From Octopus sinensis (taxonomy: Eukaryota): a stretch of DNA of 64,000 nucleotides. The stretch lies in the NCBI RefSeq assembly GCF_006345805.1, contig NC_043017.1, forward strand, positions 18,352,001 to 18,416,000, read 5' to 3'. A program made the position numbers and the translations under genes. The notes below the pieces were generated by a model. The model worked only from the letters and a program-made list of their open reading frames with translations, ran no database searches and had not been told where the DNA came from. Each line of letters begins with the position of its first letter. The first letter of the stretch is position 1. Shown in pieces: positions 51,085 through 64,000 of this stretch.

Positions 51085-51389
51085 AGTCGAACAAATCAAC
51101 CCCAGGACTTCTTCTTTGTAAGCTTGGCACTTATTCTATCGGTCACTTTTGCTGAAACGCTAAGTTACAGGGGACATCGGTTGTCAAGTGATGGACAGAT
51201 GCACAAACATACACACACACATATATGACGAGCTTCTTTCAGTTTCTATCTACCAAATCCACTCCTAAGGCTTTGGTCAGCCCAAGGCTATAGTAGAAGA
51301 CACTTGCTCAAGGTGCCATGCAGTGGGACTGAACCCAGAACCATATGGTTGGTAAGCAAGCTACTTACCACACAGCCACTCCAGTGCCT
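51085..51389 (-). mobile_element. SINE family A
   Basis: Homology to family A. Confidence 0.8.
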
Positions 51390-51939
51390 ATATATATATA
51401 TATTAGACAAATGGCATTTATTCAAGTTTGCAACAACTGTTTCACCAGAAATTCATTTAATGTAGTCATGACAGAGCAGATTGCATCCTTTTATATTTCC
51501 AGGATCATTAAGCATTACATAAACTTAGTTCACCATACCTTCATTCACCAGCACACATATATATATATATGCTTTATTTGTGTATTAAGACTACCATTGG
51601 TTTCATATTAACCCGAAACAGAGACGAATGCCATTCCTCCATGTGATAAACTTGAAAAATTGTTAAGATATTTTCTTAACATGAAACCAAAGGTAGCCTT
51701 AATACACAAATAAAGAATTTTTACCCACCAATGTGGCGGTGAGCACTACATATTTATTTATTATATGGATTCATTAGAAATGAAGCATATCCACTCACAC
51801 GACAGCTGTTTCAGGAGAATGTTATTTATATAATGCAGTCATAAAGTATTACATTCTAATATACAAACCACCATCATTAGATAAAATTTTAAACATCAAC
51901 CTAAATATAGCCAACATTTGTTTGATTAGTTGAACGAAT

Positions 51940-53430
51940 GTTGACAATATCCAGGTTGATGGCTGCACCAGGCTTCAATCTTGATCTGGCAGAGTTTCGA
52001 CAGCTGGATGCCCTTCCTATCGCCAACCACTCAGAGAGTGTGGTGGGTACTTTTACGTGCCACCGGCATGGGGCCAGTCAGGCGGTACTGGCAACGACCT
52101 CACTCGAATCTTTCACACATGCCACCAGCACAGGAGCTAGCAAGGCGATGCTGGTAACAATCCCGCTCAAATGGTGTCTTTTACATGCCACCGGCACGGA
52201 GGTTAGATAGTCGCTATGGCAATGATCACGCTTGGATGGTGCTCTTAATACCCTGCTAGCACAGGACTTGAGTGCCAGTAAGGCGACGCTGGTAACAATC
52301 ACGCTCGAATGGTGCCTTAGTAATTCCTGATGGGCTTGGGGCTTTCCCTGTCTTCATACTTCTAATTGCGTTATCTACCAAGGTACTGTCAACTCAGATA
52401 GCTGGTCCCTCTGTTGGGTTGACATTCGGTAGACTCTCTTTCTCCCATTCATTTTCTTTATTCAGCAACCTTTCATAGTGGCATCTCCAAACCTCTCTCT
52501 TTGCATCCTCATTTAGTGCAGGTGAACTATCATCAATGCAAACACATTTCTCTCCTACCACATCATGATTCTCTCTCACACACTGTCTTGCAACACGAAA
52601 TACCTCAAGTCTTTCGTCCTCACAGCACAGAACATTGGCAGATTTTTTCTTATCTGCTTCCCCTCTGGCTAAATAAACTTAGCTCCTAGCTTCCCTTCTG
52701 GCAGTCTGATACACTTCCCTGCTACCACCTATTTCTTTACTACCCACGAGGGGCTAAACAAGGACAGACAAAGGGATTAATTCTTCTGTATGGAGCCGAA
52801 AACTGGAACATAAAGATCTATTTCTTTACTGCCCACAAGGGGCTAAACTCAGAGGGGACAAACAAGGACAGACAAACGGATTAAGTCAATTACATCAACC
52901 TCAGTGCATAACTGGTACTTAATTTATCGACCCCCGAAAGGATGAAAGGCAAAGTCAACCGTGGCGGAATTTGAACTCAGAAGGTAATGGCAGACAAAAT
53001 ACGGCTACACATTTCGCCTGGCGTGGTAACGTTACTGCCAGCTCACCGCTTCCCTGCTACCACCGTTCTTCCAGTCCTGTTTCTTTTGTCTAATAGCCCT
53101 GTCAACAACATTGTTCCACCACCACGTTATTTTGGGTTGAGAGGGGACTTTGCACCATCCACAGATCTGGTCAGTGGCCCTTAGCAGGTTGTCCTGGAGG
53201 AACCTCCAGTTGTCTTCTACACCATGTGAAACTATATCCCCTTCTATTTCGTCAAAGGCTTCGAGTAATATGTCTCTAAATCTCTGTCCATTTGCGGGAT
53301 CTTTAAGTCTCCAGCCCCTTCTTCTCCTTGCTGGTTGTCTTCAGGGCATCCATTTAGCCCTTACCCAGAAGTCACTAACTATCAGTCTATATTGTGGGGT
53401 ACATTCTTCGCCTGGGAAGGTTTTATATAA
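51940..53430 (-). mobile_element. RTE-clade LINE relic (endonuclease end, linker, 3' UTR), internally deleted and interrupted by a SINE
   Basis: Translation EECTPQYRLIVSDF..ITWWWNNVVDRAI at 53080-53430 and WRCHYERLLNKENEW..AIRSMKTGKAPSPSGI at 52320-52600. It abuts the family E 3' UTR at 51945-52320. Confidence 0.75.
52730..53048 (-). mobile_element. SINE family B with duplicated tail and 16-bp TSD, inserted into the RTE relic
   Basis: TSD cttccctgctaccacc at 52714-52729 and 53049-53064. Confidence 0.9.
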
Positions 53431-56400
53431 ATACATATGTATATACGCACTGATAATGGTGTGTGTGTGTGTATATATATATATACACACACACAAACAC
53501 ATTTTTCAGATGTGTATACATACATATACATATATATATCATCATCATCTCATCACTTTTCCATGAATCAGGCAGAGTTTATTGGGGCAGATTGTCTATG
53601 GCCAGTTGCCCTTGACAATTCCATGGGTCTTAAGGTTTCGTGTTTTGTCTAACGATCATCAGTGAGTTTGAAATACATTAGACTAAAGAAAGATATTGCT
53701 GAAAAAAATAAGTAGAATTCTCTCATTGGGGATCATTCCATTTTGATTTTCAGACATGTCAGATTCTTCTTTCTCTCTGAGAGATTGATTTCAAAAAGTT
53801 CATACTTATTGTTAAACATAAGATATTCCCTTTAATGAAGAATATTTTATATATGAAAAGTTTCATATCTACACAGATGATTGCTCAAACAAGAGGGGAC
53901 AACGTATGGAAGTGTGAATATAGCATGCATTTGAGGCATGGGAGATAACTTCCACCCAGTAGGTCTACTAATTTTTTTTTTAAAGATTCCTTTTCATATG
54001 AGTTTTACTTTAAGAAAATCTTTTTTTAAACACATATATATACTTTTTACATATATTTTCATATATATATATGATATTTATCATTCACTGTATGAAATAC
54101 TGGTACAATATATATATATGAAATACTGGTACAGTATATATATATCTATATAAAGTTATAACAGTATATAAATATTGGTTTAAAAACACCCTTTGAATTC
54201 AAAACACCAAATATTTACACAGTATTATTCAAAGCTTACTTTGTGTTCCACCGTCAAAAATGAATTGTTTCATGTTCTCTTGAAGTTCCCAAATTCTTGT
54301 GTGTATGTGTGTATACATACATATATGTAGTAGAAAAAGTTAATAAGCAGAAAACAGGTGTGGTACTCAAACCTTTATAGGACAGACACAAGTTTCAGCA
54401 ACATGCTGAAATAATTACATAACTACATAATTATTTCACTGGAATGTGTGCACATTCTACAAAATTTTCAATAGGCACCTGTTTTCTGCAATTTGGCTCA
54501 TTCTAGCCCATCCTGAGTTTAGTGATCCACATCTTACTATAATGGATGCTAAGGTGGTTGTGGAACCTATTGCTGAGTTCCATTTTGATTGTCTCCCTTT
54601 TTTTAAATATATATACACATGCATCTGGCATATATACACACACACACACATCTCATATAACTGAGTATATCCATGACAAACGACACTTGTTTCATTGCTC
54701 CATCCTCCCACCATCATCCGTTCACCTACTTAAACTACACCAAACATCTGCTGACAATTTTGGACGTTTTCAAATCTTTTCGGTTCACAACATTTACACA
54801 TTTCTCTTTTTAAACCATTCATATTTTAGCAATAATAATAATAACAATAATATTTTTTTATAACAAGAAAAACAGATCTAATGTTTTTTTGGGTTTTTTT
54901 GCAATGAATTTTATGCCACAAAGATCTAAGAACATTCTAGATTGATGAAGGCTCATGGGATCTAATTTATATTTTTTTATTTTCTATTTTTGGTAATAAA
55001 TAACTTATATTTCCATAAAATGTCTTGTGCTTTGATGTTTTTTTTTAATATTTTTTCTTCTGCAGTTTGTTTCCTTGTTGACAGCCGTTTGTTTGTTTAC
55101 ATTCCTCTAATTTAACACTTCATTAAAAAGACATCGATAGAATAAGCTTAGAAAAACAAAGGAAAGGGATCAATTTGTTCCACTAGTCCCCTCCATGCAG
55201 TGCCTCAACACAGCCAGTCATGGATTTACGACAAATCCTGCTGCAAAACTCAGCGGCAGAAAAAAAAAAAAATCAGGAACCAAGGGAAACAACTGTGTAA
55301 ATCCCGGCAATTCACGTTTTCTGACGTTATCTGGTCTTTTACGCGTTTGGCATTGGACGCCGACCATACTGGGGCACCGCATTTTATTGGTTTTAGTCAT
55401 ACAAATCAATCCCACAACCTATTTTTTAAAGCACGACACTTATTTTGTTCCTTCCGACGAACCGCTCATATATGGGAACGTAAACAATCAAACACCGAAC
55501 GGTCTTCCACACAGCTTCTCTCTACCAAATTGACTCACGAGACACTGGCTGGCCTAGGGCTATAGAAGGAGCTAGTTGCTCCAAGTGTCATGTAGTGGGA
55601 CTGAACCCCAAACCACAAGATTGCAAAGTGAGTTTCTTAAGCAGTGAGGTTCCTTTGGCAACCCAAAGCCTTGGAAGTGAATTTGGTAGACGGAAACTAC
55701 GTGGAAGCCTGTCATATGTCTCTGTATCTCCCCACTGCTTCACAACTGGTGTTGGTTTGGTTATGTCCCCATAAATTATCAGTTTAGCAAGAGACTGATA
55801 GAATAAGTACCAGACTTCCTAAAACCCTTTCAAGAAAGGACCCCAGCATGGCCACAGCCCAATGAATGAAAAAGATAGGATGTTTGTATATCTAATAATG
55901 GTTTCAAATTTTGCCACAACGGCATCAATTTTGGTGGGGAGGAGGAGTCGACCACACCGACCCCCATGTTCAATTGATACTAATTTTATTAACCCCAAAA
56001 GGATGAACAGTAAAGTTGACTACAGCAGAATTTGAACTCAGAATGTAGCAACAGTTGAACTTGTCTGGTGCACTAACAATTCTGCCAGCCTGCCACCTTA
56101 AGTGTATCTAATAAAAGATGTGAACATCTCAAAATTTCTTCCATGCTCACATGGGTCAGACGGAATTTGTTGAGGCAGATTTTCTACAGCCAGATGCAGT
56201 TTTTTATTGCCAATTCTTCACTCCTTTCCAAATATAGTATTTTCCCCCATGACCAGACATGCTTCCATGGAAGACAGAAAACAGATGACACAGTTTGCGG
56301 GACAATGAAACTCATTTACAACTATTGTGATGACAAAACAAGACAAACACTCACACATACAACAGGGTTCTTTCAGTTTCTAAGTCCAAAAACTATGGTT

Positions 56401-57549
56401 TCTAAGTCTCAAAAGCTATGGTTGGTATGTGGCTAGAGTCAAACACTGGGGGCAAGAGAAAATCAATCGGTCCACTCTATAGTTTGGGGTGTTAGGAAAA
56501 GTATCCAGCTGTAGAAACCCTACCAAAGATGACATCGGAGCCTGATGCAGCCCTTCAGCTCAATGGTTCTGTCAAGCCATCCTACCCATGCTAGCATGCA
56601 AAGCAGATGATGACGACTTACCTAAGGCACCATGGTGTGAGATCAAACCCCACACCTTTAAGTTAAGAAAATTGAGCTGTTAACCACATCAGCACCTGCT
56701 TTATTTTGTACATTCAAATTGTTTTTATTTTTTAGAAAAATACATCACAATAATTAATGGTTTGACTCACAGGATATAACTAAATAACGTTCTGATATGA
56801 ATTAATAAACCAATTAAATAATTCATCTCCACGTCATGTATGGATTGGCAGAAATCAAACAAAATACATTGCTGTATTTAGTTATGGATGTCCATCATCT
56901 GAGTTCAAATCTTATCAAGTAACTCATCTTTCAGCTTCCTGGGAGCCTAGAATCAAATATAGGTTCCTACTTAATTCTCTCCTGCGAGACCAAAACCTGG
57001 GACACCATTCTATGAGGCCATAACTGCTCCCAAGCATGGATGAATTGTTATAGAGTTTGCTTTATGATCACAAGGTTTGGAGTTCAATCTCAGTGTGGCA
57101 CCTTGGACAAGTGTCTTTTCTATTGTAGCTTCAAACCAACTACAGCCATAAGTGATTTGGTAGACAGAAACTGAAAGAAGCCTGACAACATCCACTTTTC
57201 CAGGCTTGCAAGGGTCACACGGAAAATGTCGAGGTAGATTCTCAATCGCTGGATGTTAATCTTGTTGCTAACTACACTGGTTTCCAAGGAAAGGTAATAT
57301 TTCTCCATGATCAGACATATTTTTGTGGCAGACTAGAATCAAAAGACACTGTCCGTGTGTGTGTGTCTCTCCCTTGCTTTGACATTCTGAGATAGTTGTA
57401 AATCAAAAAACACCATCATACAAGCTGTCTCTTTTGTTTCTGCTTTTATTTCAGCACTTCTTTTATGCAGTCCTATAAACCCTTTTTGTCTCCATAAAAA
57501 AAGGCAAAAATTATTTCTTGTCTTACATACATACACACACGCTGGGTTG

Positions 57550-58560
57550 GATCAAAAGTTGATAGTTTTTGACATATTTCACTTGTCACGTGATTGAAGT
57601 ATGACATTCTTTCCGAAAGAACACACACCCTGTGGATAATTTATTCCCACTGCTTTTGCATTAGAATTGAAAATAGAGTAAAATGAAATGCATTTTCATT
57701 ATTTGATCCAGTTTTATTGCAGGAAAGGGAGAAACACTGTACTATGAACGAAAAAGATGTGCAATTTATGGAGATACTTGAGAGGACTGTTAGTAAGTGG
57801 TTCACTTGGTTGAGAATGAAAATCCTGATCTGTGACACTGAACAGACCAGCAGACTTTCAGTTTTTGATGATAACCAAATCAATACACTCATCGAGTACA
57901 GCAGGGATCGCCACCACCCCCTGCTGGAGCCTCGTGGAGCTTTAGGTGTTTTCGCTCAATAAACACTCACAACGCGGTTTCGATTCCCAGACCGGGCGTT
58001 GTGAGTGTTTATTGAGCGAAAACATCTAAAGCTCCACGAGGCTCTGGCAGGGGGTGGTGGCGAACCCTGCTGTATTCTTTCACCGCAACTTTCTCTCATT
58101 CTTTCTTCTGTTGGCCTGCTTGCTTAGCCAGGGGGGTGGCGTTGTTTGAAGGCTAAAACAATGCGAAGCGCATTGTGACCAGTGATGTGTAGCAACATCT
58201 GATAGCCTGGTCAGTCACGGTGATATATATATATAAAATGGACCACATTTCCATCTGCAATTCTCTGCTCAAGCGCAATAAAAGAACGAATACAGTTAAG
58301 CCAATCGTTTACAACAATATGAAACAAAAATGGTTTGGAGAAAATGAAATGAACCATATTTAATCTCTCCAAAAATAACTGACCAGTGTCTGAAGCAGGT
58401 GAGATTGGAAGAGCATTGTGGATTATTGTCTGCAAAAGTAGATGTTGAGTCCAGACAATTATTGTTGTCGATTAGATTAAAGGAAGCAATTGATGAAAAA
58501 CATCCAGAATTGGCCAATTGAAAAGGCGAGATCTCCCTTCAGAATGATACTAAGCACTAT
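57550..58560 (+). mobile_element. Highly degenerate mariner transposase interrupted by a SINE
   Basis: HFHYLIQFYCRKG..ERTVSKWF..SRLSVFDDNQINTLIE resembles the mariner HTH region. Continues after 58225. Confidence 0.6.
57894..58224 (+). mobile_element. SINE family C with 5' inverted duplication
   Basis: 82-bp arms 57894-57975 and 57996-58077, about 5 mismatches, 20-bp spacer. Confidence 0.85.
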
Positions 58561-59313
58561 GTTTATTCTAATAGCTTCTTTCCTCTAACTTTCTGCAACT
58601 CATTCCTATCATCCTTCCTTTCCTCTGCTCTATGATATTCAGTCCTTTAAGCTTCCTGTCAACTGATATCCTTTATATATTACAATGACCTCAAACTTTT
58701 TAGGACAAAATTGTTTGTGTGATGCAAACAGGAAAAATAGATAAGTGTCAATGCACCAAGCTCACCATTCTAGTTGCTGTTGCTACTGCTAAACATCAAT
58801 ACACACATATTGCGTGTGTGTTTGTGTAAAGTCTGGTGGGATTTCAAAATTATTAATGTAACTTGCAACAACACATTTCATAACTATGTTAAAGAGACCA
58901 ACTAATAAAGTTCGTGTCCAACAGTGCAGTTCAATGCGTCCTCCTTTTGTCGTCTCCTACTCACACCTGTTACTCCAGTTGGATGAGCAAAGAAAACACA
59001 AGATGCGCATGCAGCTATTCACAGGATTATAACACAAATGATGCCACACCAGGCCAATGCATCAGACTCGATGTGGATGGTGCACAGAGAAGTTCAATGC
59101 ATTCTTTGGCTTACACCTGATGTTCTTTGTTGTATGCAGCAAGAACCAGAATATCGATTAGACGTGTGCAGGGAAACAAATGGAAGCAACACCAAATGGC
59201 ATCAAACTATATGCGAACTTTGCTAGTTGAGCTCTTATTTAACATGGATATGAAATGTCACCATGACACACTGCACACACGTGTATGTATATATATATAT
59301 ATATATATATATA

Positions 59314-59583
59314 CAGATGCGCAATGACCCAGTGGTTAGGGCAGCGGACTCGCAGTTTCGATTCCCTGACCGGGCGTTGTGAGTGTTTATTGAGCGAAAA
59401 CACCTTAAAGCTCTACGAGGCTCTGGCAGGGGGGGGGGGGTGATCCCTGCTGTACTCTTTCACCACTCTTTCTTTTGTTGGCCTGCTTGCTTAGCCAGCG
59501 GGGTGGCGTCGTTCGAAGGTTAAAACAATGCGAACGCATTGTGACCAGCGATGTGTAACATCTGATGGTCTGGTCGGTCACGT
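59314..59583 (+). mobile_element. SINE family C, short-head variant
   Basis: Carries the same 14-nt head deletion and body deletion as the 8521-8738 copy. Confidence 0.85.
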
Positions 59584-60900
59584 AAAAAAAAAAAAAATAT
59601 ATATATATATACACACACACGTTTGGACTGTTCAATGCTGATGGTCAGTGTAGCTATCATCCCAAGCTGCAAACCCCAAATTGGTCATCAAATGAAACTC
59701 CAGGACTGACCAGTGGTCAGTGTCAACACAACTACAGCCACTGCCAGTTGCAATAACAACAACAACAACAAAAGAGAATTTGTAAGAAAAATGTATTGTA
59801 AATAATGAAATGATAATGAAGTATGTTGAGAGGTCAAACCTGGGAGAGGAGAGCAGAGTATATAGATGTGTATGTGTTTATATGTGTGTGTGTATGTGTA
59901 ATGATTGAGAAGTTTACTTTACAACCATGAGGATCCAGGTTCAATACAACTGTGGTGTCTTTGGCATTGTGCCTTATGTCACTCCCTTGGGCCAAAGTAA
60001 GGCTGATCAATTAAATTCAGTGGAAACTGTGCAGAAGCCCTTGGCTGCATTGTACTTCATATTCAAAAAAGTATATAAACCTGGATCCCACCTTTCCATG
60101 CTGATTCTGTCTGAAGATTCACATTAAGGATGGACACAACCGGAATACTCAACCAGTAGGCCATTCAGCTAACAAAAGTAAGGCTCAGGGCTGAAACCAA
60201 ATGGGACTTTTTTTTTTCCAACTATACACTTATACGATCTCAGTTATGAAAGCAGATAGAGAGAGAGAGTGTGTGTGTGTGTATTTATGGGGTATATATA
60301 ACTAATAGACAAAAGCATATGCATACACGCGCACACATTCCATTTTTAGTAGATTCAGCCACTGGGTTGTAGCCATGCTGGTGCACCATCCTCAAAATAT
60401 TAGTCAACTACCAAGCATGACATCATTTTATTTTTCCATCTCTACTTGTCAAACCTCTAAGTCACAAGAGATTAACAGACTACACTGAACTTTAGGCACA
60501 CACACACAAAACACACAGATGGAAGGCTTCAGCACAGTTTCCATCTCCCAAACTCGGCTCCCATGGTTTTGATCAAAGCAAGGCTAAGGAAGAATTTACT
60601 TGCCTCAGCAGCATGCAGTGGGGACTGAACCCTAGAACCAATTGGCTGTGAAGCAAACTCCTTAAAACACATACACACACACAGTGTGTGTGTTTATGGA
60701 TATTTTAATAATTAAAATTGTGTCACTGCTTTGTTCCTCTGGGGGAGGGGATAGAGAAGAAAACAAAAAAAAATCAAGAACTGAAGTTGTTGTTTGGGGA
60801 GTGGGGAAGGTGGTTAAGAGTCTGTAATGTTTGAGAAGTTGGTAGAGGACAAACCAGATGAGATACCTCCCCTTTTGTTGCTGAAGGCTCTTTCAACTGG

Positions 60901-61037
60901 TTATCTGCGGTTGCCTCTTCCACGTCCATTCATTGCAGCTCCTCCACCACCGCCGCCTCCACCAACCCCTACTCCTCTCGGTAGGTTTGGCCTGGGCATT
61001 CGGTTGTTGAAACCACTGGGACCGACTTGACCATTAC
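60901..61037 (-). CDS. Terminal coding exon of the same unidentified gene (Gly/Arg-rich, RG-type C-terminus)
   Basis: Acceptor ggtgtttttgttatag, phase 1. Translation GNGQVGPSGFNNRMPRPNLPRGVGVGGGGGGGAAMNGRGRGNRR*. GC-rich island in AT-rich flanks. Confidence 0.8.
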
Positions 61038-62893
61038 CTATAACAAAAACACCAATTGCAAATTAAGTCACTAAAAAAAAAAAAAAAAGCAGCTAGAAAT
61101 TACAACAAAGTTTCCTTTAAATCACACTATTCCCTTAATCCATAACATTCCTCTTTTATTTAGACTTAGTTTATCTTGGAGTATGTTATCTAAAGTGTCT
61201 TGCTGATGGGTCTTTGGTCGGCTGATTCAGTAAAACCATCAATGGAAGACATCGTCCAATGTATCCTACTTTGTATGAAACACATAACACTTAAATTGGC
61301 CATATCCAGTCCAAATACCATTTTATATTTGGGTGGATTTAGTAGATGGAAACTGAAGGAAGCCTGTCGTATGTGTGTGTGTGTGTGTCCACTATCTCTT
61401 GACAACTGATGCTGGTGTGTTTACATCCCCGTAACTTAGTTCAGCAAGAGAGACCAATAGAATAAGTACTAGACTTATAAAGACTAAGTCCTGGGGTCAA
61501 TTTGTTCAACTAAAGGTGGTGCTCCAGCATGGTAGCAGTCAAATGACTGAACAAGAAAAAGAATAGAACAGCCAGATCTGTCTACTCACACCTACCCTAC
61601 AATGTCATTCTAAAAATAAACAATCGCATCATCAAAATCTCAAAGCTGCAAGTAATAGTGCAGGATTAATTGAAAACCAAGGAAATAAAGCAGCAACAGA
61701 TCTGTGAGGATTATCTGAATGCTTAATCCTTTAGCAGCCAGATTACCCAGTCAAATCCTGGATTATCTCATAGCTTTGAGGTTTCAGTGTTGTGATTGCT
61801 TAATTTTATAAGGATATTGTAGGGTAGGTACGAGAGGTCAGACCAGGCTGGCCTGAACATAAACACATTAATATGGACTGGATGCAGCCAGTTTAAATGT
61901 TTATGGGCTAAAACAAAGCAGGGCACATTGAATGATGTTTTCCTTGATACACTGTTTGAAATAGATATCACAAAGACCCAGTAGCAAGATCTAAATAAAA
62001 GAGGGAACAGTTATGGCTGGAACATCTTTGCTTATAGTTCTGATAGGTGAGAAATAACCACAATGAAGAACACAGTTTAGTTCTAGATACTCCTATGTCT
62101 GAATAACATGGGATAGTCACAGTCGGAACGTCTCATTGCATGTTGGATGAATCAGAGCTAACTTGAAGTTAATCATAATTATCCACTTTCTCCATGCTCG
62201 CATCGGTCAAACAGACTGGCCAGAGGCCCTTGTCAACCGTCACTTGTGTCCATATAAGGTAATATTTCTCATTGACCAGCCATATCTTGGGGATTGAGAG
62301 CAAAAAAAAAGGGACACTGAATGACAGTGACACTTGTTTACAACGGGGTACATATGTAAGAGGAGGGGGAGGAGGAATGGTTACATTGCAGCTGAGTGGT
62401 TAACAAGCTTGCTTCCCAACCATGTTCAGCAAAAAGTTTAGCCAAGTTTCTTCTAGTACAGTCCCAGGTAAAACAAAGCCCTGTGAAGGGATTTGGTAGA
62501 TGGGCTCGCAAATAAGCCTGTCAAATTTGTGTATGTGTGTACATCTGTGTTGATATCATTTGATAGTTGCAAACAAACATCCTTCTCACACAAGCAGTGC
62601 TATTCATTTTCAGTCTTCCATGCATGATACAACATGTCTGGCCATGAGGAAACATTACCTTGCTTGGAAACAGTTGAAGGCTAACTACAGAACGGGGTAA
62701 CTGACCATAGAAAACCTGCCACAACAAAATTCATCTAACTCATACAAGTATGCAAATGTGGACATTAAAACAATGATAATTAATGACAATTAAGCAGTGC
62801 TGTATTTGCACTGCCCAACCAATTCTTCTACAAACAACAGCAGCAAAGACATAAAAATTGGAAGACAGAGACAAATTAAAGTGCCACCCTTAC

Positions 62894-63059
62894 CTGTAGG
62901 AACACCAGGAGGGACGCCCATAGGAACTGGCATCGGGGGTCTGGCCATAATGGCATTGTTCGGTACAGGTGGGCCTTGGTTCATTATCATTGACTGAGAG
63001 GAGTTTCCATTGTCTGGTTGTTCTGATGGAGGAGACTTCCGCTGACCAGGGACATCCTG
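62894..63059 (-). CDS. Penultimate coding exon of an unidentified gene, Pro/Met/Asn-rich low-complexity region
   Basis: Minus-strand acceptor gcttttctattgcag, donor ACAG|GTAAGG. 166 nt, open: QDVPGQRKSPPSEQPDNGNSSQSMIMNQGPPVPNNAIMARPPMPVPMGVPPGVPT. The phase-1 end fits the next exon. Confidence 0.8.
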
Positions 63060-63774
63060 CTGCAATAGAAAAGCACTTCATTTTAAAAGCTAATTAACTG
63101 AATCCTGATTATCTCAACACAAAAAGAAAGGCATGGATTGTTGAAGGTACTTGACAGGATCCACTAGGGCTGTGTAGTGTGTCCAAGTTAACAGGGTACC
63201 AGATACTCAACAGAGAAGGGTTACAGGCACTGTAGTGTGCCCAAGTCAAAAGGGCACCAGATATTCTGAGATAAGGTTCACTGGTGTTGTGTAATGTACC
63301 CAATACTCACATAAGGGGTCATCAGTGAATGAGTGGGATGGTTGATGCTTTAAGCCTCGGTCAGCAGTAACCCAGCACTTATGATCAAAGACATTCCAGC
63401 AGTGACCATCCTGTTAAACTCCTCACACACACACACTTGCTCACACAGACGAGCATACCCAAGACTACACCATTCAACATAACCATCCTCTTCAAAACAT
63501 TAGACTGTCATTGGGAGTCATATTTAGCTACTGTTTCTATTAGATTGCTTGAAACAACTGGCTGGCGTCTTTCCTGTTCCGAGTGCAAAATCGACGAGTA
63601 AAGCCAGAGTTTATCTGCAACATAGTGACAGCATCTGGTGATATTTGAACCGGTGTCCTTGTGATCCATTGTCCAACAACATACTAGTTCTCAATCTTTT
63701 GCATTTTATGCCACATTGCAATTTAAAAATGCAGAAATCTATTATCCCGTTTCAGTAATCGTACTTCCATTTAA

Positions 63775-63964
63775 CCCTTTATTTTAACCATATTTCTGCT
63801 GAAAAACACTGTCTTTGTTTCAATTAATTTTGACAAAGAATTTAGCAAATTAACTTTTACCATTATTCAACTGGTGTTTGGAACCCAAAATGAATTAGAA
63901 ATTTTGGAAGGTTTTAATTAATATCACATCAAAACGGGGAATTTATGGATGTGTATCAAAAGGG
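63775..63964. mobile_element. piggyBac-type MITE
   Basis: TTAA-CCCTTT...AAAGGG-TTGA. Reverse-orientation homologue of 12754-12973. Confidence 0.65.
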
Positions 63965-64000
63965 TTGATTCAAGACGATGATGAAGGGAATTGTCTGGGA

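Noticed and set aside
60814-60900. 28 open codons after the TAA of the minus-strand gene (possible readthrough)
   Set aside because: This length is expected by chance, and TAA is the least leaky stop codon.
63150-63320. Degenerate ~65-bp tandem duplication and ORF 63109-63303
   Set aside because: Intronic decayed repeat with no splice signals or homology.

Overview
AT-rich, microsatellite-dense eukaryotic DNA with no prokaryotic features. The repeat content (tRNA-headed SINEs, RTE LINEs, mariner/maT, piggyBac/hAT/Tc1 MITEs, Penelope-like remnants) looks like an octopod cephalopod (Octopus) genome; this assignment is from recognition, not a database search. Two genes are supported. (1) A + strand SLC35A2/A3-type nucleotide-sugar transporter with two clear coding exons (42994-43325, 44907-45512) and a probable first coding exon 25 kb upstream (17671-17773), giving about 346 aa. 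(2) The last two coding exons of an unidentified - strand gene with a Pro-rich, Gly/Arg-ending C-terminus (62894-63059, 60901-61037). Most ORF-track entries are microsatellite or SINE artefacts. The main unexplained signal is at least seven sequence-unrelated repeat families carrying minimal type I hammerhead-ribozyme (HHR) architecture of the kind known from Penelope-like element (PLE) termini: stem I, CUGANGA, stem II, GAAAC, a tiny or palindromic helix III, GUH, stem I. Most sit in fold-back (inverted) elements. One family wraps a tRNA-like Pol III head between two HHR arms, and both of its copies lie just upstream of SLC35A splice acceptors. One copy (47227-47348, -) has a fully canonical core. 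Two families carry shared core variants (U3:A8; U6). There is also a 359-bp near-perfect palindrome (47602-47960). Family labels A-E and F1-F7 are mine. All pairings were read by eye, and repeat boundaries are approximate.
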